Assembly (NCBI GenBank): GCA_963701075.1
Contig: OY969559.1
Location: 1,792,001 to 1,856,000, forward strand
Reading direction: 5' to 3'
DNA length: 64,000 nt
Origin: an uncultured Nitrososphaerota archaeon
GTDB taxonomy: Archaea; Thermoproteota; Nitrososphaeria; Nitrososphaerales; Nitrosopumilaceae
Shown here: positions 11,011-19,323 of the stretch, one piece after another
How positions within the stretch are numbered: position 1 is the stretch's first letter
How the letters are laid out: each line of letters begins with the position of its first letter
The notes under the pieces: model-generated
Databases searched by the model: none
What the model saw: only the letters and a program-made list of their open reading frames with translations
Told to the model about the DNA's origin: nothing
Translations under genes and position numbers: made by a program

Positions 11011-11771
11011 CTAGGATACAATGATTGTATAGTATTATAAAAATTCTGAAGGTCGGCAATGGAGCTTGCATTAATATCTCCAAGCTGTCCTAGGCCATTT
11101 CTTCTTGATAGAACCGCACTCCATTGTTCTGTGTACCTGCCTGTAACGTCTTCTATCCTGTCTGGAGAAAATGCAATAACATAGACATATTGTTTCTTCC
11201 AGTTTTGTTCATAGTAGTGGGGATTGTCAAACGAGTGCGGATATTGAAACGTAGAATCTACATGAAACCACTTGCCATCAACAAATACCTCATTCCAGCA
11301 ATGATCAAGGTAGTCATATGCTATTCTAGACTCGATTGACACCGAATTTAGTATGGCACCAAAGAGTATAGACCATTCACCACATCTTCCATACCTAGTC
11401 TCGGCAATTTTCAATACATCGCTATATCTTGGAATTATTTTTTCTGCTCCACATTTACTGCAAGTATGAATCTCTGTCTTACGTATCCTCCAAGAATTTC
11501 CTGCCTGCACTTTAACTTGCATCAAGTTTTTCGAATCATCATCAGCATTACAATTATTGCAGGGAATTTGATTTGGAGTCCAAGTCATAAAACCCACAAA
11601 CCATTTCAAAAGCGATGGCACCAAATCCTTCTCCCCTAGTACATCTGCAGGTATCAAGTTCCTGACAGATCTTAAGACTTGAGGATCCTTGTACTGACTT
11701 GTCATAGTCTTGTAGAATAAGAAAGAGTTCCTGATTGTGTCAAAATCAAGATTAGAACAGCTTGATTGCAT
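11007..11771 (-). CDS. Peptide:N-glycanase (Png1/NGLY1-like) transglutaminase-fold protein
   Basis: LLKWF, CNNC and CSKC Zn knuckles, PRYSD..K..ETRYGRCGEW, DHCWNEV, WFHVDS, FDNPHYY..NWKK..YVIAF, DVTGRY. Confidence 0.85.
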   Translation of the reverse strand: MQSSCSNLDFDTIRNSFLFYKTMTSQYKDPQVLRSVRNLIPADVLGEKDLVPSLLKWFVGFMTWTPNQIPCNNCNADDDSKNLMQVKVQAGNSWRIRKTEIHTCSKCGAEKIIPRYSDVLKIAETRYGRCGEWSILFGAILNSVSIESRIAYDYLDHCWNEVFVDGKWFHVDSTFQYPHSFDNPHYYEQNWKKQYVYVIAFSPDRIEDVTGRYTEQWSAVLSRRNGLGQLGDINASSIADLQNFYNTIQSLYPS

Positions 11772-11813
11772 GTTTTCTTGATATACAAACAGAAAGATAT
11801 GTTTTTTCTAGAT

Positions 11814-12794
11814 TTAGACTGTAAGTACGTCCTTACCGGACTTGTTTATTATGGTAACATGTTTGTTCATCAGCTCTTTTGTAGGTATTACCACGCTTTC
11901 ATTTTTCTCATTTGTTACAATAATGTGCAACAATTCGGAGGCCGTAATTGTTCCTGCTATATCTCCAATCTTAATTTTTTGACCTACTTTGAATATCGTT
12001 CTTTGTGTAGATGCGCCAGCTATTGCTGCTGGTAACACATCCTTTAGAGTAAATCCCAGACCTATGGCAATAGCGACTCCTACTGCTATTGCAATACTCC
12101 ATGAGAATGCGGCCACAAGTGTAGGTATTATTGATTGGCCAACCCCAATTTGTGTTAGTCCCACTGCAAAGACAATACTGTAAATCACTGTCTTTACTCC
12201 CACGCCTATGTATCTTGAACCTCCGTAATGTCTAACCATGAGTTCATGGTTTACCCACTTGATCACATAGTTTGCAATAATAGAACCTATCATGACAATG
12301 AGTACGAAAGCAAGTAGGTTTGGAATCCATAACCAAAGTGATGTCATTGCGGTAGTAAGTTGTTGTAGTTGTAATGCGTTAATTGCTGCCACTATAAAGA
12401 AAAGATAAACGAACCACCTTATTGTTGCTGAAATCAGGTGAACAGAGTCAAATTTACCCATGGTTTCTTCGACCAAGTGAACCTCTGATATGCTCTGCAA
12501 GTTTGTTTTTTGCATGAGTTTCTTTGCAGCTTTTTCTACTATCCTGCCCACTATTTTTCCTATAACAAATCCAATTGCCAAGAGAACACCAGCCGCAATT
12601 ATTTTAGGAGCTGCTCCTGCTATGGAGTTAGCAAAGGTTGTCAATGCAATAGTTTCTGGAGTATAGAATGTGCTACCAGGAGTGCTAGTTTGGGCATAGG
12701 CCAAGTTTGCACTCAGACCTAGTGCTATTACAGAAAATATCATCATACCGTATATTGGCAAAGCTAAACTAGATTTTTTTGGATTAAAGATCAA
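11814..12794 (-). CDS. Small-conductance mechanosensitive channel-like protein (TM-helix repeats plus MscS beta domain)
   Basis: Repeated TM pairs, WIPNLLA, FKVGQKIKIGDIAGTI, VVIPTKEL. Confidence 0.75.
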   Translation of the reverse strand: MIFNPKKSSLALPIYGMMIFSVIALGLSANLAYAQTSTPGSTFYTPETIALTTFANSIAGAAPKIIAAGVLLAIGFVIGKIVGRIVEKAAKKLMQKTNLQSISEVHLVEETMGKFDSVHLISATIRWFVYLFFIVAAINALQLQQLTTAMTSLWLWIPNLLAFVLIVMIGSIIANYVIKWVNHELMVRHYGGSRYIGVGVKTVIYSIVFAVGLTQIGVGQSIIPTLVAAFSWSIAIAVGVAIAIGLGFTLKDVLPAAIAGASTQRTIFKVGQKIKIGDIAGTITASELLHIIVTNEKNESVVIPTKELMNKHVTIINKSGKDVLTV

Positions 12795-13149
12795 TATGTT
12801 CTCTCATCTTTTCATAACTATTTCTACATAGACGTGAAGACTCTTCTTACAGCGTGCTAAAATCTTCTCAACCTAAGATTTTGAGCGCGATTTTTTTCAG
12901 ATTTTGCCAAACTTTGAAAGATTAAATCTTCTAACATGGCAGGATAAAGAAAAAATATTTCACACTAACAAGAACAGAATTAGAAATAATACAGTGAAAT
13001 TTTTAGATCAGATACAAAGTAATTTTGATTAGAAACTAAAGTTTCAAGCCATTTTGTAGTATTTTTGACATATTTGTTGTTTTTTTGATCTTTTAACAAT
13101 ATTTGATGCCAAAGTTAATGTTAAATGGGTTTAGATTGTCAAATTTGGG

Positions 13150-14340
13150 ATGGACGAGTTTGAAGAATTTGCCTTTGCTCTTTTAGACCAACTTTCAGTA
13201 GAATTAAGCGAAGAAAATACGATAAAAGAATCCCAATCAAAGGCTGTTGAGGCCTTTGCCTCAAAGATATCTTTTGAGGACATCAAGGAAATATCAGAGA
13301 GACTGTTTTCTGACAGTGCCCAAAAAGTGCTTGAATTTACTGGAATTTCAGTTCCAGATAACACCAAAGTTGAGTCTCCAGATTTGATAGAATTCAAGCG
13401 CTTAAAGGGTCGCAAGGTCTTCCCTACAAGAAATTCCTCTTCATTTGTAGACGAACTCTTCACTTCAATAGCACATGAAGATACTAAGAAAATAGCACAA
13501 CTTGCAAAGAACAATACTTCACAGTTTCTTGTGTATTCCACGTATGCCAAAGGATACATTTCACAGATATCTACCACCTACGGGGACTTTTACGAGTCAG
13601 TAATATACCTAAACAGATTTGTCCTTTCAGGCTATCCACAAATAATTTTGCACAAGCGGGGAGTTCCATACGAATCTAATTTTGATCAAGTAAATTCAGG
13701 ATACATTGGAGCCTTGAAGATGACCATGTTGGAAGAGCAGGTTCATTCTGTCCAGAAGAATCTCTACGAAACAAACAAGAATGCAGTAACTATGGTAAAT
13801 GAGATCAACGAAGAACTTGCAAACATAATACTGGCACTTGATAGCGCCAAAATAAAGGTGCTTTATGAATACCTGCAACTTCCCCCCGTACCAGATGAAT
13901 ATCCAATAGCGCAAAGAGCAAATCTCTTTTTTACTCTAAATCCTGACAACTTTATCGTCCGAGTTCTTGGACCAGATGTAATGACATTTACCAATGTCTC
14001 AGTTGACCCAAAGATACTAGAAATGATTCCTCAACTGCTAGATGTTTATCAGAGATGGCTCAAGCCCATACAAATTCATCATGCAGCATTTACAATCATG
14101 GAAGGAATGGCTGAGTTTGCAGTTAGAAGCATACTAAGAGATGACAAGGACTTTCACAACTACCTGACAACATTTGCAAACACAGACATATCTTCGTATC
14201 AGGTAAGAAAGAGCATTGGCATGGATTTCACAGAATATGTGTCAGCCAAGATTGGCAAAGGCACGTACAAGAGATTAATTGATGATCCCCCTACAACAAG
14301 AGAGCTCAAAAATCCTGAAAGCTATCTTAAAAGACTATGA
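13150..14340 (+). CDS. Hypothetical protein with zincin-like motif variant
   Basis: MLEEQVHSVQ and MEGMAEF resemble HExxH...EGxA of zincins. Confidence 0.55.
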   Translation: MDEFEEFAFALLDQLSVELSEENTIKESQSKAVEAFASKISFEDIKEISERLFSDSAQKVLEFTGISVPDNTKVESPDLIEFKRLKGRKVFPTRNSSSFVDELFTSIAHEDTKKIAQLAKNNTSQFLVYSTYAKGYISQISTTYGDFYESVIYLNRFVLSGYPQIILHKRGVPYESNFDQVNSGYIGALKMTMLEEQVHSVQKNLYETNKNAVTMVNEINEELANIILALDSAKIKVLYEYLQLPPVPDEYPIAQRANLFFTLNPDNFIVRVLGPDVMTFTNVSVDPKILEMIPQLLDVYQRWLKPIQIHHAAFTIMEGMAEFAVRSILRDDKDFHNYLTTFANTDISSYQVRKSIGMDFTEYVSAKIGKGTYKRLIDDPPTTRELKNPESYLKRL

Positions 14341-15158
14341 ACGATTTTGATCCATTTGTAGCAGAGTGGATTACTTATGCAAGGAATCCTAGATATTCCC
14401 TTGTTGAAAAATGCCTGAAACTTGCTCAGACTCTAGAGTTTCCTGATCTTAACCTAAGCCACTATATTCAAAAACTAAATTCAATGGGAGAAGAGTTGCG
14501 AAATTCTGTGTCCGATGTGAAAAATCCAACATACTTGATTTCCATGTTAAACGAATACATGTTTGATAACCTTGATTTTCATGGGGACAGTGATGATTAC
14601 TATAACCCCAGAAATAACTTTCTAAATGTAGTAATTGATAAAAAAAGCGGCATCCCAATCACGCTGTCAATAATTTACATTCATCTTGGCAGCCACATAG
14701 AATTAGACCTAAAGCCTGTTGGCTTTCCAGGCCATTTTCTGGTAAAATATTCAGAAGAGATGATACTAGACCCTTTCAACGGAGGCATGTTGCTAGATAT
14801 CGACGATCTGCAAGATATACTTGATACTACATATGGAGAAGGCATACAGTTCAGCCCAGACTACCTAAACGAGATAGAGCCAGAAAACATACTGATCAGG
14901 ATTCTAAAAAATCTAAAAAATTCCTACATGCAATCTTTCAACTACAAAATGGCCATGCATTGCATAAACATGGTTCTAGGACTGGTTCCTGATTCTCCAG
15001 ATGAAATTAGGGATAAGGGAATTGTACAATCAAGATTACTTCAAAACGATCTTGCCTTACAGTCACTTGAAAGATATTTGGAGTTAGCACCTGAAGCAGA
15101 CGATGTTGATCATGTCCTAGATTTGATAAGAAGCATCAAGGAAAAAACTAATCAATAA
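14337..15158 (+). CDS. SirB1/Transglut_core2 family protein with TPR
   Basis: DYYNPRNNFLNVVIDKKSGIPITLSIIY, VGFPGHFLV, C-terminal TPR. Confidence 0.85.
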   Translation: MNDFDPFVAEWITYARNPRYSLVEKCLKLAQTLEFPDLNLSHYIQKLNSMGEELRNSVSDVKNPTYLISMLNEYMFDNLDFHGDSDDYYNPRNNFLNVVIDKKSGIPITLSIIYIHLGSHIELDLKPVGFPGHFLVKYSEEMILDPFNGGMLLDIDDLQDILDTTYGEGIQFSPDYLNEIEPENILIRILKNLKNSYMQSFNYKMAMHCINMVLGLVPDSPDEIRDKGIVQSRLLQNDLALQSLERYLELAPEADDVDHVLDLIRSIKEKTNQ

Positions 15159-15322
15159 TTGATTTAATGTCAGTTCCTCTCTTGATCAGCCTGTGTTCGT
15201 ATCTTACTATCTTGTTTCTCATTGTGCCTTTTATAATATCCACTTCGTGTCGGAGTGTTGCTACTTCATCTTCAAGTCTCAGCTACTCGCTCGTAAATGG
15301 ACTCTTCTGCACTCTCTGCCAT
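15148..15322 (-). CDS. Small coiled-coil protein; +1 frameshift near 15282
   Basis: MAESAEESIYERV/LRLEDEVATLRHEVDIIKGTMRNKIVRYEHRLIKRGTDIKSIID; span is 3n+1. Confidence 0.55.
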
Positions 15323-15393
15323 TACCCAGTCTGCACTGGATTTGATCTTAAAAATTTATGGTTTATTTTGTTGAGGGTTTTGTCAGTATTTTG

Positions 15394-15555
15394 CTACAGG
15401 TCAAACTCTGAATTGCATGCCTGGCACTTGCCTTTCTCGCTGCCAATCACGCCTATAATCAAAATTTTTCCTATGGTACCGCATTTAGGACACAACCCCG
15501 TTGTAATGTTCTTTGGACCGCTTGTTCTTGGCTTTACTGTTTTTCTCCTTACCAT
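15394..15555 (-). CDS. Small Zn-ribbon protein
   Basis: MVRRKTVKPR...CPKCG...CQAC; the longer ORF-track call runs through the tRNA. Confidence 0.6.
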   Translation of the reverse strand: MVRRKTVKPRTSGPKNITTGLCPKCGTIGKILIIGVIGSEKGKCQACNSEFDL

Positions 15556-15610
15556 TATTGGAAAGAATCTCAAATTCGGTTTATTAAGTCTAAGTATGGA
15601 TCGCAGAAAG

Positions 15611-15694
15611 CGCGGGGAGTGGGATTTGAACCCACGGGTCCTTGCGGACATGGGATTAGCAATCCCACGCCCTACCAGGCTAGGCGACCCCCGC
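15611..15694 (-). tRNA. tRNA-Ser(GCT)
   Basis: GCGGGGGTCGCCTAGCCTGGTAGGGCG-TGGGA-TTGCTAA-TCCCA, long variable arm, GTGGGTTCAAATCCCAC. Confidence 0.95.
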
Positions 15695-15924
15695 ACAGAT
15701 GTGCTGAAATTTAAACTGTTATTATATTATTGCTAGTCCAAGCTTAAATTATCTGTGAGGCATAATAGAATCGTTGTTCCTTGCCTGATTGATTCCCTTT
15801 GGGTTGAAGGCTTCTTTTAGAGGTTTTTTATTAGTGTTAAAGTCGCTTCTTTTAGGTTTTTATCAACCATAACAAGTATACTAGATTTACTGTTTATTAT
15901 GTATACTTTCTATTTTCTTAGATG

Positions 15925-16449
15925 TTAAGTAGTACTCAAATACATGACAACCTGCCCATTTCTTAATTTTCTAGTAGTTTCAAAGAAATATTGTTGATAA
16001 TACAATGCCCTGGCTTCGGTTGTTTGAAGTGTTATACATGCACAGGCTACCCGTTCGTTGAATTTGCGAGCAAGACCAATACAATGCTTACATATTGCAT
16101 CCCCTATTTTTCTGCCTCTGTATTTTTTATCAACACTCATCTGACCTATCAAAAGCGCAGGATAATGGGCAGTCATTTCTTTTACCTGTCTTGATCGCGG
16201 TACTTCTTCTAATCCAATTGAACTCATAGATAAAGTGAAGAAGGCTACAATTTTCTCCTCATACTTGACTCGCCATAAAGATGTAAGATTGTTTTTACTG
16301 TATATCAGAGCCTTTGTTACTAGAAAGTCCTGAACTCCTAACGGATCTGTTCCATCTAGTTCGGTACAATCAAGAATAGAAATATCGTCTCCTGCAGAAA
16401 CAATATCGATATCCAAATCATCCGGGTTTATTTTTTCTGGCAATGCCAA
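15925..16449 (-). CDS. GNAT acetyltransferase, TacT/AtaT-like toxin
   Basis: VAFFTLS, YPALLIGQMSVDKKYRGRKIG, ARALYYQQYFF. Confidence 0.75.
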   Translation of the reverse strand: MALPEKINPDDLDIDIVSAGDDISILDCTELDGTDPLGVQDFLVTKALIYSKNNLTSLWRVKYEEKIVAFFTLSMSSIGLEEVPRSRQVKEMTAHYPALLIGQMSVDKKYRGRKIGDAICKHCIGLARKFNERVACACITLQTTEARALYYQQYFFETTRKLRNGQVVMYLSTT

Positions 16450-16465
16450 ATAGGGTTAAGCAGAC

Positions 16466-16630
16466 CTATATTTTACAATGTTTAGCGTATACCTTGTCTG
16501 CTTCTGCATACAGGTTTAACTCTTCTGGAGTTCTTTTTCTGGACAAGTGTTCTAGAAATTTCTTTGCGTCCTTACCTTTTAGGTGCAGGATCTCATCACT
16601 GGTACTGGGTTTTACTTGTCTGGTTGCCAT
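16466..16630 (-). CDS. 54-aa putative antitoxin of the GNAT toxin
   Basis: MATRQVKPSTSDEILHLKGKDAKKFLEHLSRKRTPEELNLYAEADKVYAKHCKI, 16 bp upstream of the GNAT gene; resembles DUF1778-type C-terminus. Confidence 0.6.
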   Translation of the reverse strand: MATRQVKPSTSDEILHLKGKDAKKFLEHLSRKRTPEELNLYAEADKVYAKHCKI

Positions 16631-16635
16631 GTTCA

Positions 16636-16651
16636 CTATATTGTAATATAG
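16636..16651. promoter_or_regulatory. Palindromic candidate operator of the TA operon
   Basis: CTATATT-GT-AATATAG, 5 bp upstream of the antitoxin ATG. Confidence 0.4.
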
Positions 16652-16881
16652 CGGAATATATTAATATATTAATAGTCAATCGCTGCGTCTCAATTCACCC
16701 CGTCATCTGACGATGACACCCCTCTTGAGACCGCTTTTTGTCTAATGACAAAATCCTCGCTCGCCTCTAACACCAGGCTTGTAAAACTCGCTTGGTGTTT
16801 TTTGCGGGTCCAAAACCGAGGCTCATCGAGGTAGAGGTAAAATTTCGTAGTTCGTTAGCCAATTCACCTGGATGTTTCCTC

Positions 16882-17025
16882 ATGGCATTACCTCCGAAAT
16901 GTATCAAACATAGAATAGACATGATAGAGACCCATAAGGGTGCGTTTGACCCTAACGCATTTGATTCTAATGCATTTGATACGGGTTATCAATGTCCCAA
17001 ATGTATGGAAGAATCGAAAAAATAG
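16882..17025 (+). CDS. 47-aa Zn-ribbon microprotein with internal AFDxN repeats
   Basis: MALPPKCIKH...GAFDPNAFDSNAFDTGYQCPKC. Confidence 0.55.
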   Translation: MALPPKCIKHRIDMIETHKGAFDPNAFDSNAFDTGYQCPKCMEESKK

Positions 17026-17039
17026 TTACAGCGTCAGTT

Positions 17040-17348
17040 CTAAATTTGCTCTAATTTCTTAGCATCAAAGAACATAGCATGACCACAATCATTACATGTC
17101 AAGACAACTAATGCCATCCCAGACAAATAATCAAACGATTTATCTTTATTAATTCTTAATGTGACTCCAAGATCTTCCCACAAAGTCAGTTTAGGAGCCT
17201 GTGGAATATTTGTTGACATAAATGAACTACTTAACGTATAAGGAGAATAAAGAGGGGCTGGATTAATTAATTGTGATGAGCAACAGGGACACTTGAGATT
17301 AGGTGCTTTTGTCTTTATCCAACTTTCTATTTTATCTTTATCTACCAT
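17040..17348 (-). CDS. Zn-ribbon protein, cotranscribed with SIR2-like gene
   Basis: LKCPCC...VLTCNDCGHAMFFD; ATG directly follows the SIR2 stop codon. Confidence 0.7.
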   Translation of the reverse strand: MVDKDKIESWIKTKAPNLKCPCCSSQLINPAPLYSPYTLSSSFMSTNIPQAPKLTLWEDLGVTLRINKDKSFDYLSGMALVVLTCNDCGHAMFFDAKKLEQI

Positions 17349-18257
17349 CTAATTCTGGCTCACAAAGGTTATGCTGTCATCAAAGGCTTCATTCCATCTG
17401 CGCCCAATAAATTTTGTATCTTTGTTTTCTCTCTTTTGCTTTACATATTTTATAAAATCTTCATTGGAACCGATGTATCCTACCATTGCATTAGTCTCTA
17501 TTATTGGATTCCAAATATGTGTGTCGTTTGGGTTAGGTCTTACTCCAATTATTAGTACTTTATTTGCCTTACCTATGCTAGTCAACCAATTTTGTTGAAT
17601 TTTTCCAATTACCGAGGGAGATATCTGCGTTGGTTTTTTATCCATGTATAAACACATTGCAGGATAAAGTGCTGTGCCCGAAAGACAAAATTGGATTGCC
17701 TCATTTGGCGAAACTGCTTGTATGTTTGAATTAAAAGATACACCTGAACCGTAACTTACGCCACTTCCAGCGTGTATGTTTACTGGGATAAAATTGCAAG
17801 ATCCGTGTAACTTCCAAACTAACATTGAATTTTGAATGGGGCTGTCAGAAAAATAATTTACCTGTAAACCACTAGAGGTTATTGCTAGTTCTAATAGAAC
17901 ATCATAATTAAGCGAACTCATGGCTATCTCATTTGCATTTTGTTTTATACTTTCAATGAATCTGAAGTAGAGATTCTGACTAGGGTTATTTTGTCGAAAT
18001 TGTGCAAAATAAAGTGTCAAATGTCGCATAAGTAAACCGACATTATGTGAATGATTTTCCCAAACTAATTTCATTCCTTCCTCAAAATTATCCTGAAATT
18101 TTGTATCAATATCATGAGGTAAATTTCCCCACGTTGAGGGAAAGTTCTTTTTAAGTATTGTATAAAGGTCAGCTCCCAGTGGTGTAGCATGTGGAAAAAC
18201 ATCATTAGAACCATAACTTGCCCCAGCACCAAATAGAACTACAGTATTAATTGTCAT
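17349..18257 (-). CDS. SIR2-like (SIR2_2) NAD-binding/NADase domain protein
   Basis: VVLFGAGAS, SLNYDVLLE, KLHGS, VLIIG..P..DTHI. Confidence 0.85.
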   Translation of the reverse strand: MTINTVVLFGAGASYGSNDVFPHATPLGADLYTILKKNFPSTWGNLPHDIDTKFQDNFEEGMKLVWENHSHNVGLLMRHLTLYFAQFRQNNPSQNLYFRFIESIKQNANEIAMSSLNYDVLLELAITSSGLQVNYFSDSPIQNSMLVWKLHGSCNFIPVNIHAGSGVSYGSGVSFNSNIQAVSPNEAIQFCLSGTALYPAMCLYMDKKPTQISPSVIGKIQQNWLTSIGKANKVLIIGVRPNPNDTHIWNPIIETNAMVGYIGSNEDFIKYVKQKRENKDTKFIGRRWNEAFDDSITFVSQN

Positions 18258-18316
18258 AATTTTCAGTCTTTTTTATACATAAAGGAATTATTAAATACAA
18301 TAATTGCTTCTATGCC

Positions 18317-18469
18317 ATGTTGGATAGAAATACTCTTACATGTCCTAACTGTGGCAATGTTTTCCAATCACCAGTTCAATTTGGAAGTGGAGTCACAATT
18401 GGTAGTGGTGTATCAGTAGGTGCAAGCTGCCCAAGATGTGGACATCAATTTAGTACTCCTCTTGGTTAG
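18317..18469 (+). CDS. 50-aa Zn-ribbon microprotein with GSGV repeat, divergent from SIR2
   Basis: MLDRNTLTCPNCGNVFQSPVQFGSGVTIGSGVSVGASCPRCGHQFSTPLG; AT-rich TATA-like region upstream. Confidence 0.7.
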   Translation: MLDRNTLTCPNCGNVFQSPVQFGSGVTIGSGVSVGASCPRCGHQFSTPLG

Positions 18470-18478
18470 CCAATTTGG

Positions 18479-19225
18479 CTATTCTTCACCAAAACGCTTG
18501 TAGTTTTCAACAAGGTCCTTTAGTGGCATTCTCTTTCCACCTACAATTTTAAGGTCTACCTTGATCTTGCCTTTTTCAACAGTAATTATGTTGTAGGTAT
18601 TTTCAAAAAGACCTCGTACTCTTTCTGATGCCGCAGTTCCAGCGTTGGCAATTGAGATGTGTCCAAAATGCCAGAACCAAGGCCTGTGTTTGTGGCCACA
18701 CATTACCAAGTCTATCTTGCTTGCAAGCGCAGTACGCAATACGTCACCTGAATCAATTACCGTAACCCTGTCGGTTCCCGTGTCAGGCACGCCAATCAAA
18801 TGATGATGCATTGCAAGCATCTTTGTCTTGCCTTCATACTTTTTCATAGTACGTTCAAGCCAGAGATTTTGTCGGTATCCAACCTCACCCTCATCCCGAT
18901 CAGGTCTTGCGGTACCAAGAGTTACCAGTATTGTATTTTCATCCAATTCGTTTACGGAATCGATGGGAAAGAATTTTTTGAACAATAGGTATCCGGTATT
19001 TCTATAGTCATGGTTGCCGCTTATTGCAATTATTTTGTCTGTTTCAAATTTGGTAAACTTTTCCTTGCATCTTTCGTATTCTTTGAGTAAACCCTCATTA
19101 GTCAGATCGCCTGTTACTACAATAGCAGAAGGCTTGAGATCATTGACTTCTTGTATCACCTGGTCGAAGACCTCCTCCTGAAATTGCGCCCCCACGTGAA
19201 TGTCTGAGATTTGAACTATTTTCAT
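18479..19225 (-). CDS. Calcineurin-like metallophosphoesterase
   Basis: SDIH, TGD, GNHD, HHH, GHKH. Confidence 0.9.
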   Translation of the reverse strand: MKIVQISDIHVGAQFQEEVFDQVIQEVNDLKPSAIVVTGDLTNEGLLKEYERCKEKFTKFETDKIIAISGNHDYRNTGYLLFKKFFPIDSVNELDENTILVTLGTARPDRDEGEVGYRQNLWLERTMKKYEGKTKMLAMHHHLIGVPDTGTDRVTVIDSGDVLRTALASKIDLVMCGHKHRPWFWHFGHISIANAGTAASERVRGLFENTYNIITVEKGKIKVDLKIVGGKRMPLKDLVENYKRFGEE

Positions 19226-19323
19226 GATTTTATTATTAACAAATTATTGTTTAAGCTTTGGGTTTCTCGGTCTAATTCCTGAAAAAATTTTCCAGTAGAG
19301 TTAAATATACTCAGCTTATCACC

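Noticed and set aside
12800-13140. AT-rich intergenic region as a replication origin
   Set aside because: No ORB repeats or adjacent cdc6/orc1; only an imperfect hairpin near 12852-12889.
15167-15736. 189-aa plus-strand ORF and the 100-aa extension of 15394-15696
   Set aside because: Both run through tRNA-Ser; the 189-aa ORF is also antisense to real small genes.
15735-15870. Short minus-strand ORF MVDKNLKEATL..., and similar N-termini MALP.K / MVDK among islet genes
   Set aside because: Stops after 17 codons; the similarities are too short to exceed chance.
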